Virus record (IMG/VR): IMGVR_UViG_3300025117_000061
Span: 1 to 64,000 of that record
Strand: one strand, 5' to 3'
Length of the DNA: 64,000 nucleotides
Source: a virus
Positions 17,883-26,740 of this stretch are shown here, one piece after another. The notes beneath the pieces were generated by a model. The model had not been told where the DNA came from, did no database searches, and worked only from the letters and a program-made list of their open reading frames with translations. Position 1 is the first letter of the stretch; each line of letters starts with the position of its first letter. The translations under genes were made by a program, and so were the position numbers.

Positions 17883-18033
17883 CCCAGTAACCGTATTCGT
17901 AAACGCCGGCAACGAGATCTGGATACCCAAGAGCCAGATCGAGGATGATTTTGATTGGGACTCTTTTGAGCGCGGCGACATCCTGGACCTCGATATCCCG
18001 GAGTGGCTTGCGGAAGACAAGGGGTTGTGGTGA
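17869..18033 (+). CDS. small hypothetical protein (54 aa)
   Basis: EIWIPKSQI...IPEWLAEDKGL; below ORF-track cut-off. Confidence 0.6.
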   Translation: MAKSDPVTVFVNAGNEIWIPKSQIEDDFDWDSFERGDILDLDIPEWLAEDKGLW

Positions 18034-18863
18034 TGAGCGGAAAAACCAATATTGAATGGACGGATTACTCATGGAATCCCATTGTGGGCTGCTCTAAGTG
18101 CAGTCCGGGTTGCCTCAACTGCTACGCCGAGCGCATGGCATGCCGACTCGCGCACATGAATATCAGGGCTTACCAGGACGTGACCGAGGGCGATGAGGAT
18201 AACTGGTTTCGACGCTGGAACGGGAAAACTGAGTTCCGGCCCGAAGAGCTCAAGAAGCCCTTGCGATGGAAAAAACCGCGCCGGATTTTCGTGTGCTCCA
18301 TGGGGGACCTCTTCCACGAGACGGCTGATTTTAAGAATATCCTATCGGTTTTTTCTATCATGGAGCGATGCCGGCAGCACACGTTTGTGGTGCTCACCAA
18401 ACGGCCTCAGCGCATGCTCGATTTCTGCGGTAACTATGGAATTGGGAGCGGTAATGTGTGGCCGTCAAATATATGGGCCGGAGTGACGACCGAGAACCAG
18501 AAGATGGCCGATGAGCGCATTCCGCTCCTCCTTCGGGTTCCGGCGCCAATCCATTTTATTAGCGTCGAGCCAATGCTTTCAGGGGTTAATATCCAAAGGT
18601 ATTTTCGAGGCCACAAAACCGGAGCGGATATTCCGCAAGGATGGTTTCGACTTCACGGGATTGACTGGACCATCTGCGGTTCCGAGACTGGGCCAGGCGC
18701 AAGGCCAATGGCGATTGAGTGGGCAAAATCGCTCCGGGATCAGTGCGTATCGGCAAAGGTTCCTTTTTTCTTCAAAAAAATGATCCTGGCATCAGGTCAA
18801 AAAGAGCACACGCTGAACGGCCAAACGTGGGAGCAATTCCCGGAGGTGCCGCATGGCGAGTAG
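18033..18863 (+). CDS. DUF5131 / phage Gp37-Gp68 family (radical-SAM-like)
   Basis: TNIEWTDYSWNP..GCSKCSPGCLNCYA, SMGDLFH, LTKRP, SVEP, GSETGPGARPM. Confidence 0.9.
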   Translation: MSGKTNIEWTDYSWNPIVGCSKCSPGCLNCYAERMACRLAHMNIRAYQDVTEGDEDNWFRRWNGKTEFRPEELKKPLRWKKPRRIFVCSMGDLFHETADFKNILSVFSIMERCRQHTFVVLTKRPQRMLDFCGNYGIGSGNVWPSNIWAGVTTENQKMADERIPLLLRVPAPIHFISVEPMLSGVNIQRYFRGHKTGADIPQGWFRLHGIDWTICGSETGPGARPMAIEWAKSLRDQCVSAKVPFFFKKMILASGQKEHTLNGQTWEQFPEVPHGE

Positions 18864-18885
18864 TGCGTTTCAATACGAGTTAGCC

Positions 18886-18917
18886 GGGCGGGCGGTGGAT
18901 CTTTGGAGGGAGACGGC
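18886..18917 (+). repeat. 32-bp direct repeat copy 1
   Basis: GGGCGGGCGGTGGATCTTTGGAGGGAGACGGC; 3 mismatches to 20199-20230. Confidence 0.85.
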
Positions 18918-19469
18918 ATGAATGAGGGGACGAAATCGGTGTTATTCGGATGTCACAATCCCGTTTTGCACGGGCTGGCAGTGCTGCGAGCATGGAAGCA
19001 GGAATACGGCTCGTGGCCTGAATGGTGGCAGGTAGTCGGGATTTTTCTCCACGACATAGGCGTGTGGGGGCGTCAGTATTTAAGCGACGACGAGGCCAAG
19101 AAGGGTCATTGGATGAGAGGAGCGTGGAAGACTTGTTTTGTAGTCCTTCGGATTGGACAGTGGTTCCTTCGAGAGTCTTATAAAGACGCAAATCGCAGGG
19201 CATCGTATGCCTGGCTTTTTTGTGCAGGTCATTGTCCGAAAGAATCAGGATGGCCCCAAAGTAAGCTTGCCCGTGCCGATAAGAGATCATGGCTCGTGGC
19301 TCCGATGTGGTGGCTTTGGTGGAATTATTATGTGGAGTGGCATGGAAAGGGGATTGGCGTAACGCCTCCACCTGTGTGGCGAAAGTTGGTGGCCGAGAAC
19401 CTGAAGCGTGAGAATCCTATGGGGAATCACGAACTTTACATGCGGAATCGAGTGAGGGAGACGGCATGA
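18918..19469 (+). CDS. HD-domain-like protein
   Basis: H..LH, FLHDIG, AGH, ADK motifs. Confidence 0.6.
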   Translation: MNEGTKSVLFGCHNPVLHGLAVLRAWKQEYGSWPEWWQVVGIFLHDIGVWGRQYLSDDEAKKGHWMRGAWKTCFVVLRIGQWFLRESYKDANRRASYAWLFCAGHCPKESGWPQSKLARADKRSWLVAPMWWLWWNYYVEWHGKGIGVTPPPVWRKLVAENLKRENPMGNHELYMRNRVRETA

Positions 19470-19747
19470 TAGTAGACCATTGCTCTTTTTGTGGGCGACA
19501 CAAATGGTACGTTGACATGCTTTACACCGGGGTATCGGGTGCGGCTATCTGCTCGATGTGTATAGCGCGGAACTTGCGGAAAGTCGTGGGCGATATAACA
19601 GATCGTCGAGTATGGATCGAGCGAGCGCGGCTCGGCGAGCTTTCAGAGATTGGCTCATCCGGATTTTATGACGTGGTTGATTCCTTTTACGACTGGACGG
19701 ACATGAGGGATGTTTGGTGGGGAGACGAGAATCCGTTTGTGGCTTAA
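19466..19747 (+). CDS. ClpX-type C4 zinc-finger protein
   Basis: CSFCG...AAICSMC. Confidence 0.7.
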   Translation: MIVDHCSFCGRHKWYVDMLYTGVSGAAICSMCIARNLRKVVGDITDRRVWIERARLGELSEIGSSGFYDVVDSFYDWTDMRDVWWGDENPFVA

Positions 19748-19851
19748 TGGGACGGCGGCATGAGCCGTTGCAGATGAGAGGATATGAAGGCATGAAAGAT
19801 GAACTGGGACACATCATCGCTGTTATGTGCGGATTTTGCGAGAAAAAAGCC

Positions 19852-20212
19852 ATGGACAAGCAATTGTTGCATATTTTGCAACACTCTCTCGGCCTGGGTC
19901 AGTACGGCCAGGGGAAGCAATACCGTAACCATTTCGTGGCTGGTGACGACGACGCCGAAAAGTGCCGTGAGTTGGTTGGGATGGGATTCATGACCGAGCA
20001 CCGAGCCAGTGAATTGACCGGGGGGAGATCCGCTTTTCCGAGTGACGCGGGCCGGCATTGATGCCGTGGCAGTTGAAAGTCCGAAGCCTCCAAAGCTTAC
20101 TCGTGGGAAGAAAAGGTATCGGGCATATCTATCGGCGGATTCTGAAGAGACGTTTGGCGAGTGGCTGAAAAACCCTTATTGGGATGATTACCGGAAGAGG
20201 GCAGGCGGTTGA
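19852..20212 (+). pseudogene. frameshifted hypothetical gene
   Basis: Removing one G from the G6 run at 20020-20025 joins ...SELTGG to DPLFRVTRAG...FGEWLK. Confidence 0.6.
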
Positions 20213-20230
20213 TCTTTGGAGGGAGACGAC
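20199..20230 (+). repeat. 32-bp direct repeat copy 2
   Basis: GGGCAGGCGGTTGATCTTTGGAGGGAGACGAC. Confidence 0.85.
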
Positions 20231-20608
20231 GTGATGGGACTATCGTGCAGTTGTCATGATTGGGATCGTAGTGATCCTGGGGCTTGGGCTTATTACTTTC
20301 CAGAGGATTTCACAATCTTTCCCGGTGTCGGGAAAAGTAAGCGGAGAACTCGTTGTTCGAGTTGCAAGAGACTGCTTTCCATTGGTTCCGAATGCCTTGA
20401 ATTCCAGCGTATCCGATCTCCGTATACCGAGATGGAGGAAAGATTTTCTGGAGAAGAGATTCCTATTCCATCGCTCTGGCATTGCTCTGAGTGTGGCGAA
20501 CAATACCTCAATCTGCATGATATTGGATACTGTCTGACCCCCGGGGATGACATGCGGGAGTGCCTGAGGGAATATCACCGGCTGACTGGGTTCAAAGCCT
20601 CGGTGTGA
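20231..20608 (+). CDS. Cys-rich hypothetical protein
   Basis: CSSC...CSEC. Confidence 0.65.
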   Translation: MMGLSCSCHDWDRSDPGAWAYYFPEDFTIFPGVGKSKRRTRCSSCKRLLSIGSECLEFQRIRSPYTEMEERFSGEEIPIPSLWHCSECGEQYLNLHDIGYCLTPGDDMRECLREYHRLTGFKASV

Positions 20609-20660
20609 GCGCGAAGGATCGCGGCTCCGGTTTTACGTTGACACCCCATAGGAAAATCCG

Positions 20661-20900
20661 ATGACAAAAACGAAAGCCAAGCGATGCAGGGAGCACCATA
20701 TTTGCGACTGCCATCTTTATCAACTTGAGCAGGCACAAAAGGCCCTAGCGATAATCCAGACATGGGCGAAAGTCGATGCGGACCACATTGAATCGTGGAT
20801 GAAGCGGCCGGCGCTGGATCGGGTAATGGATGCCGGCGATGTCCTGCTTAAGCTGCGACTGATCCAGGTGAAGGCCGAGGAGGGGCTTGAAAAGATTTGA
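20661..20900 (+). CDS. hypothetical protein
   Basis: ORF in operon orientation. Confidence 0.5.
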   Translation: MTKTKAKRCREHHICDCHLYQLEQAQKALAIIQTWAKVDADHIESWMKRPALDRVMDAGDVLLKLRLIQVKAEEGLEKI

Positions 20901-21105
20901 CACTGAAAACGGGCGGGGATAGATTGGTTGTGTCGTCGGCTGGAGTGACGCCTGGCTGGCAGATTTGTCCACATTACAACTGGAGCGCGCAACCTCATGA
21001 AACCCATAATAGAATCGAGCCACCGAGACCGAGGGGGAACCTTGCTCCCATCTCTGCGCTCCGAACGTGAGAAGTACCCGCGTCAACTCGCTTTCGGTGG
21101 CTCGA
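20897..21105 (+). ncRNA. Promoter plus c4/CI-antisense-like RNA upstream of replication genes
   Basis: TTGACA-N17-TAGATT; 12-bp stem TCGAGCCACCGA/TCGGTGGCTCGA enclosing GCGCTCC and GCGTCA complementary to upstream GGAGCGC and TGACGC. Confidence 0.55.
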
Positions 21106-21112
21106 CTGTGCT

Positions 21113-21700
21113 ATGGAGTCAATTATGAGTGAAGAAATCAGAGGCGCCAATTCAAACGTTGTTGATGTATACTCCTTGGGGAATTGGGACAAGGAGGCCG
21201 ACTCGGTATCTTACCTTGACAAGATCATCCGATCAACAAGTCTGTTCACGATCTATCCCGAAATAACCGGAAATCTCCTTTTTATGAAACCCCATCAGAA
21301 ACAACAAGGCATGCGAATAGACATGATTATCTCCCCTAAACCAGCAATGGTTTTGGCCGGATGGGATCGTGGAGCCATAGGAATCGAATGCAAGAAGTCG
21401 GGTGAAAAAATAAATCATGCGTTCGCTCAAGCCTGCGACTATTCAAATACTCTGTGGCAGCTCCCGAATGGCTTTACTACCATGTGTGAGTTCTCTTTTT
21501 TGTGGCCATTTCCAAAAATGGGTGGATTTGCGGCTAGCCAGATGGCTCAATGTAAAATCGGTACACTTTCTCACAAAGATGGCAACTGGCCTGTATTGAA
21601 GTTCTTTTGTGGGGAATCAAAGGTTATCAAGATAGACCTGACAAACAATCAAGTAGAAATCGGGAAACTCAACTTCGGGAACAAAACTGGAAGCAGGTGA
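21113..21700 (+). CDS. PD-(D/E)xK nuclease-like protein
   Basis: RIDMII...IGIECKK...AFAQACDY. Confidence 0.6.
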   Translation: MESIMSEEIRGANSNVVDVYSLGNWDKEADSVSYLDKIIRSTSLFTIYPEITGNLLFMKPHQKQQGMRIDMIISPKPAMVLAGWDRGAIGIECKKSGEKINHAFAQACDYSNTLWQLPNGFTTMCEFSFLWPFPKMGGFAASQMAQCKIGTLSHKDGNWPVLKFFCGESKVIKIDLTNNQVEIGKLNFGNKTGSR

Positions 21701-21701
21701 G

Positions 21702-23882
21702 ATGGGGCAAATCGAGGAATGGGAATCGTTGTCTGGATTTTTCTCCATGATCCCCCTGGAGGGAAAGCGACCGATTGAAGATAACTGGAGCCAGTGGTGC
21801 CTCAAAAAAAGACCATTCGACCGCAAGGATTTTGAGGGACGTAACGCTGGCGTAGCATGTGGGCCGGCAAGTGGTGTCATTGTTCTTGACATAGACAACT
21901 CTGACCTGTTCAAAGAGCTGCGTGTTGAGCGAGGATGGGATGTTCCTGAAACATTAATCATTAAGACTGGTAAGGGTTTCCATCTTTATTTTGAATATGG
22001 TCAGAATGGAAAACGTTATGGTTGCACATCATTCAAAGATCCCAAGGGCCGCCTTGATGAAAAAGGCAAGCCAATCACCGTCTTCGATGTTAGAGGGATT
22101 GGTGGTCAAGTTGTCGCACAAGGATCAATTCATCCCGTTACGGGAAAACCATACTCCGTATTTAGGTCTACTACAATCAAACCTTGCCCAAAGTGGATAC
22201 TTGATCTGGTTGTCGAAGAGGATGCTCCTAGATATGTCCATTCAATCCGTTTAGCTTCAGCGTGGACTGGAGATATTTCCGATCTCCCTATCTCGAAAGA
22301 AGTCAAGGACAAGATCCTGAATGGTGGTGATAAAGGTGAACGTTCCGAATTTATTATGAGTGTTGTTAATGCTTTGGTTTTTGCCAATCTCACCGATGCA
22401 CAAATCCAAGATGTTTTCGAGAATTACGCAATAGGAAATAAGTATCGAGAAAAAGGACGTGGTAAAACCAAATGGCTTGGCAGACACATTCAGAAAGCCC
22501 GCTCATTTGTGACGGAAAGATATGACGATCAACAAAATGATTCTTGCTACAAAGATAGGCCTTATGTGAGTGAGAGAGTAAAAACAAATATTAACATTTT
22601 ATCTAATACAGATAATTGCAATGGGGATGCCAATTGTGAGGTACCAAACCATGAAGCCAATACAGAGGTTGCAAACCAAGAGCCAGAGCCAATAGAAAAT
22701 TTTGACGACAAAAGACGACGTGAGACGACACTTGACGACACCGTGACGACAGAAAGACGACAACTTGAAAATGATAACGGAATCAGCAAGTTACTAAAAC
22801 AATCAGGGATTCCCGACCAAGATGTTATCAATCTATTGGAAATCGTTGACAAAACATGCGAACGAGAGTTTGACGCTCCCTATCTGGAAAATCTCTGTCG
22901 TCAACTTGTCGTCACGTTGTCGTCGGATGTCGTCAGCCGTCGTCTTGTATCCTCGTGTCGTCAAGTGTCGTCAAAATTGGTTGATGACGTGAGAGGTTGG
23001 GTTTTCTCGGCTGATGGAGAATTTTCCATCAACGATATTTACCGCGATCTCTGCATTACCTCACGGGACGTAAAGAAAAATACTTCAAAATGCCTTGAGC
23101 GCATACAACAAGAAGGCTTGATCGAGAAGGTTGGTTCAAAGCGGGGATCTTTTAGGTTGGTGCAAGGCGAATGTGAAGAGATTGATTTCTGGAATGAGTC
23201 GGGCGGATCAATGAGCCTCTTGTGGCCGTTCGGCATTGAGTCGTTGGCCAAGATTTACCCTGGAAATATCATCGTTATCGCAGGTGAGAGCAACGCCGGG
23301 AAGACGGGGTTCCTTCTCAACTTTGTTGCCAAAAACATGTGGAAGCACAAGATCCATTTTTTCTCTTCTGAAACCAAGAAGCAGGAGCTCCATGGTAGAT
23401 TGAAAGACTTTGCCTCTGTCGGTGTAGATCTTCAAGAATGGAAACGAGCAAGGGACGCAGGGCAAGTCACGTTTTTTGAGAGGGACTGCAACTTTTCCGA
23501 CGTGATCCGTCCCGGTATTGGTAACATCAACATAATAGACTTTCTTGAGGTTTATGAAGACTTCTACAAGGTTGGCAGGTACTTCTTTGAGATATACCGG
23601 AAGTTGGAAGGTGCCATAGCGATCATCGCAATTCAGAAAAATCAGGAGCAGAGCCACGGACTCGGAGGCGCGCGAAGCATAGAGAAGGCGCGGCTTTATC
23701 TGTCTATTGGTTACAGGTGGGCTCAACTCATGAAAGTGAAGGAGCCGGTTAGACCTTTCCCGTTGGGTGAGCATCCAGACAAGCATGCCATCAATTTTGA
23801 TTATATTGGAGGGTGTGATTATTGCGTTACTAAGTCGTGGTTTAAGCCAAAGAATCAAGATGATATAAAGCCAAAAAAATAA
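21702..23882 (+). CDS. Bifunctional primase-polymerase (Prim-Pol) fused to RecA/DnaB-like helicase
   Basis: GKRP, NAGVACG, VLDID, TGKGFHLYF, DVRG..GQVV..S; Walker A AGESNAGKT; IIDF. Confidence 0.85.
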   Translation: MGQIEEWESLSGFFSMIPLEGKRPIEDNWSQWCLKKRPFDRKDFEGRNAGVACGPASGVIVLDIDNSDLFKELRVERGWDVPETLIIKTGKGFHLYFEYGQNGKRYGCTSFKDPKGRLDEKGKPITVFDVRGIGGQVVAQGSIHPVTGKPYSVFRSTTIKPCPKWILDLVVEEDAPRYVHSIRLASAWTGDISDLPISKEVKDKILNGGDKGERSEFIMSVVNALVFANLTDAQIQDVFENYAIGNKYREKGRGKTKWLGRHIQKARSFVTERYDDQQNDSCYKDRPYVSERVKTNINILSNTDNCNGDANCEVPNHEANTEVANQEPEPIENFDDKRRRETTLDDTVTTERRQLENDNGISKLLKQSGIPDQDVINLLEIVDKTCEREFDAPYLENLCRQLVVTLSSDVVSRRLVSSCRQVSSKLVDDVRGWVFSADGEFSINDIYRDLCITSRDVKKNTSKCLERIQQEGLIEKVGSKRGSFRLVQGECEEIDFWNESGGSMSLLWPFGIESLAKIYPGNIIVIAGESNAGKTGFLLNFVAKNMWKHKIHFFSSETKKQELHGRLKDFASVGVDLQEWKRARDAGQVTFFERDCNFSDVIRPGIGNINIIDFLEVYEDFYKVGRYFFEIYRKLEGAIAIIAIQKNQEQSHGLGGARSIEKARLYLSIGYRWAQLMKVKEPVRPFPLGEHPDKHAINFDYIGGCDYCVTKSWFKPKNQDDIKPKK
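22704..22972. repeat. Iteron-like array (candidate origin) within primase-helicase
   Basis: GACGAC x6 at 22704-22756, then GTCGTC x7 at 22897-22967, mostly 10-11 bp apart. Confidence 0.75.
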
Positions 23883-23896
23883 GGAGGGAAACCCAA

Positions 23897-24082
23897 ATGG
23901 AAACCGAAAGAGAAAACACGAAGTTTTACCGAGTCCAGGATGACCAAGGCAACGACATAGGCAAGGTGTGCATCGAGCCAACCGGGGATGGGTTTATAGT
24001 CATGGAGGCTTTCCCTGGCATAGTCCTCCGCTTGGTCCCAAAGCTAACCGGTGGCAAGTGGTCAACAACAAAGGAGGGGTGA
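23897..24082 (+). CDS. hypothetical protein
   Basis: AAGGAGG SD. Confidence 0.55.
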   Translation: METERENTKFYRVQDDQGNDIGKVCIEPTGDGFIVMEAFPGIVLRLVPKLTGGKWSTTKEG

Positions 24083-24083
24083 G

Positions 24084-24332
24084 ATGCAAACGAAAGAAGA
24101 CACAGACAGACTCATAAACCACTTTTTGCCGGTGGCAGAGGGTCCAAGCGCTTTACAAATAGCCAGAGAGTATTTCCCCGAAGCCACGGAAGAGGAAATA
24201 GAGTACGTCATTTGGGAGCAGACCGGCTTCCCGTCTTTCTGGCAGATCCCCAAGGATGGAGCTACGCCGGAAGAGTGTTTCAGAAAGCAACTGGCTGAGT
24301 TCGCGGCTTCGGTTAAGGAAGGACAATCATGA
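24084..24332 (+). CDS. hypothetical protein
   Basis: SD; IWEQTGFPSFW motif. Confidence 0.6.
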   Translation: MQTKEDTDRLINHFLPVAEGPSALQIAREYFPEATEEEIEYVIWEQTGFPSFWQIPKDGATPEECFRKQLAEFAASVKEGQS

Positions 24333-24338
24333 GCGACA

Positions 24339-24596
24339 GTGTACCAATTTGACGGCCTGACCATTGACGAGGCAAAACGCGCCGTGAATTATGGCGTCAA
24401 CGCCGTGAGGAATTCCAAGGGGGCATTTGAGTGCTATTGTGATTTTGATCCAAAAGATGGTCCTGATCGTTGTGAAATTGACAAGGGAACCCCTGAATTT
24501 TGCGTATATGCTGGGAACTTAGTCAAGAAAGGTTCCGATCAGTGGTCTTGTGTTTACTGGAGGGCCATTCCCGATGGAGAGAAGGAGGATGTGTGA
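24339..24596 (+). CDS. Cys-containing hypothetical protein
   Basis: ORF in operon; start uncertain. Confidence 0.5.
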   Translation: MYQFDGLTIDEAKRAVNYGVNAVRNSKGAFECYCDFDPKDGPDRCEIDKGTPEFCVYAGNLVKKGSDQWSCVYWRAIPDGEKEDV

Positions 24597-25099
24597 TGCC
24601 AAATTTATTATGTGCTCTGCGTAGAATTGACCAACCAACCACGATCCAGGAGATGGTGGAAGTCAAGAAGTACGAGATGGCCTTCATTGCGGGTCATTGT
24701 GGGAAAGATCCATCTACACGAACAACGGCTGGCGGGAAGTCGATCACGTCTGTATCGGTTGCAGTTAGTTGGGGCAAGCGTGGTGAGCCCGACCAGAAGA
24801 CGGAGTGGGTGGAAATTTTGGCGTGGGAGAACCAAAGTGAGATCCTGAGTCAATTCAAGAAAGGCGATGCAATTATGGCTGCGGGGAAGCTTTCTCTTAA
24901 CCGTTGGACCGGGAATGACGGTGTTGAGCGGGTTGCCGGCCAGATCACGGCATGGGAGATTGCAAAACCAAAGCGTGTTCAACGAGATCAGCCTCCCCAA
25001 CAACAAATCCAGTCGTCCGGCGCAACCACTTCCGGGCCAGGTAGCCAAGTCGGGATGCCTCCTGCGGGCGGTGGGGATAGTGAGGGAATCCCGTTTTGA
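24596..25099 (+). CDS. ssb: single-stranded DNA-binding protein
   Basis: GHCGKDP, KTEWV..AW, KKGD...GKL...W, acidic tail ending IPF. Confidence 0.85.
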   Translation: MPNLLCALRRIDQPTTIQEMVEVKKYEMAFIAGHCGKDPSTRTTAGGKSITSVSVAVSWGKRGEPDQKTEWVEILAWENQSEILSQFKKGDAIMAAGKLSLNRWTGNDGVERVAGQITAWEIAKPKRVQRDQPPQQQIQSSGATTSGPGSQVGMPPAGGGDSEGIPF

Positions 25100-25123
25100 T
25101 TGGCAAAAGAAAGGAGAGGAATC

Positions 25124-25447
25124 ATGACCAAGAAACAATGGATTGACCGAGTGGCAGCCTTTATGGATTGCCCGAAGGTCCGCGCTAAGTGGCTGTGGAA
25201 TTTCCTGTCTACGGAGAATGCTTCGGCGCTTTCCTTTCCTCACGGTGACGGGGTGGTTCCCGTTCCAGGCATCGGCAAGATTCGGCGCAAGTATCGGCGG
25301 CCAACGACGAAGCGGAATCCCAACACGGGGGAGGCTATCGAGGTCCCTGCGCGCCTAGTGGCCGCGCTTCGGGAGAGTGCCGAGTTCAAGGCGTTTATGA
25401 ATCCCGAGAGCGCGTCAATCGTCGGGTTGGCTAAGAGGGGGGAGTGA
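25124..25447 (+). CDS. HU/IHF-like DNA-binding protein
   Basis: MTKKQWID..., PGIGKI, KRNPNTGEAIEVPA. Confidence 0.8.
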   Translation: MTKKQWIDRVAAFMDCPKVRAKWLWNFLSTENASALSFPHGDGVVPVPGIGKIRRKYRRPTTKRNPNTGEAIEVPARLVAALRESAEFKAFMNPESASIVGLAKRGE

Positions 25448-25713
25448 TGGGAAAATCAACAGTAGGAAACGCAGAACAAGCCCTAGCCTATATAACCGAT
25501 TGCACCTTGGCAACCGTGGAACACATGGCATCACTGGAAAGCAAGCGGAAGGGTCATGAATACAGGCGCCAGATTGCCATAGCACAATGCGCTATTGGTT
25601 GGATTCAGAAGTTCGGTGTGGACTACTCAGAGACTAGGGCGAAGGAAGTCGTGGAGCGATTTAACGGGGATGTTGCGAAGTGGGCAGAGAGCTACATGGG
25701 GGATCGGTTGTGA
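25444..25713 (+). CDS. hypothetical protein
   Basis: Coupled ORF. Confidence 0.6.
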   Translation: MMGKSTVGNAEQALAYITDCTLATVEHMASLESKRKGHEYRRQIAIAQCAIGWIQKFGVDYSETRAKEVVERFNGDVAKWAESYMGDRL

Positions 25714-25943
25714 TAAATATCAGCGTTGAGATATGGCCTCATGGCGACGAATCCAAAAAAGAGGAAATCGCCAAGGGCATGATTGCAAACGACGGGACCG
25801 GGACGCCAGAGGTTGGGAATTACGTCTACTCGATCCACTCCACAAAGAGACACATCAAGGGGAGGGTACAAGGGCATAACCGGGAGTTGGACGTGCTGGA
25901 GTTGTTGCGGTTGGTTCTAAATCAACACAAGGGAGGGGAGTGA
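25710..25943 (+). CDS. hypothetical protein
   Basis: IANDGTGT..GNY motif seen in small phage proteins. Confidence 0.6.
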   Translation: MINISVEIWPHGDESKKEEIAKGMIANDGTGTPEVGNYVYSIHSTKRHIKGRVQGHNRELDVLELLRLVLNQHKGGE

Positions 25944-26398
25944 TGGTCATTGGTATAGATCCAGGCAAGACCGGGGCGATATGTGCCGACAAGCCCAAGA
26001 AGAAAGCCAAGAAGACTTCTCCAACGCAGCGAAGTCTTTCCGCTCTCAGGAAAGAGGGGGCCATAGCTCACATTGTTGAAAAATGGCAAGCAATACCTGG
26101 GCATCCTGCTGGTGGAGTAAGGATCGACGCTTGGGGTTTTGGGGATTTGCTTGTTGCCTTCCCGGGTGAGCCCGGCGCCGTCTTGGTGCAGACTACGAGC
26201 GGCCCCAATTTGGCGGCACGAAGGACAAAGGTTCTCGGCATACCAGAGGCCAAGGTGTGGTTGGAGTGTGGGAATCGGATCTTACTGGAAGGATGGAGAA
26301 AAACGAAGCCTCGTGGTCAGAAGGTAGCGAGGTGGTCCGCGAAGAGAGAATTTGTGACGCTGGAGGATTTTGACGGTAGCGGCAAGACTCAGACATAG
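25940..26398 (+). CDS. Holliday-junction-resolvase-like PD-(D/E)xK nuclease with RuvC-like first strand
   Basis: VIGIDPGKTGAI then SPTQRSL..LRKEG..VEKW..GFGDLL...LVQTTS. Confidence 0.6.
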   Translation: MMVIGIDPGKTGAICADKPKKKAKKTSPTQRSLSALRKEGAIAHIVEKWQAIPGHPAGGVRIDAWGFGDLLVAFPGEPGAVLVQTTSGPNLAARRTKVLGIPEAKVWLECGNRILLEGWRKTKPRGQKVARWSAKREFVTLEDFDGSGKTQT

Positions 26399-26506
26399 CC
26401 GTTTTTAGTGGTACGTGGTAGCCTAGAATCAAAGATCAGCTTTCGACCGTCCCGAAGTAGGGTGGAGAGTCTGGCAATCAACCACGCTCAAAATAGGAGG
26501 AACAGA

Positions 26507-26719
26507 ATGGACATCGAGAAACTCAAGGATGAGCTTCGCAGGAGCATTGCGATTGATGAGCAGTGGCTGAAGCAGGAATACGAGGACACAGCTCGACTGA
26601 CGCCGAGTATTGCTCGCCACGAGGGGAGAGTGGAGGCGATGAAGTGGGTATTGGAGAGATTGCAAGGCACAAAGGCGACGCCGGCCACGCAGTCCGATGT
26701 TCCGTGCGAGACCGAGTAG
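26507..26719 (+). CDS. hypothetical protein
   Basis: AGGAGG SD. Confidence 0.55.
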   Translation: MDIEKLKDELRRSIAIDEQWLKQEYEDTARLTPSIARHEGRVEAMKWVLERLQGTKATPATQSDVPCETE

Positions 26720-26740
26720 GCTAGCGCGGGTTATCGCCAC

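Noticed and set aside
22704-22972. Possible CRISPR array
   Set aside because: Units are 6-7 bp with 3-5 bp gaps, far too short; no cas genes.
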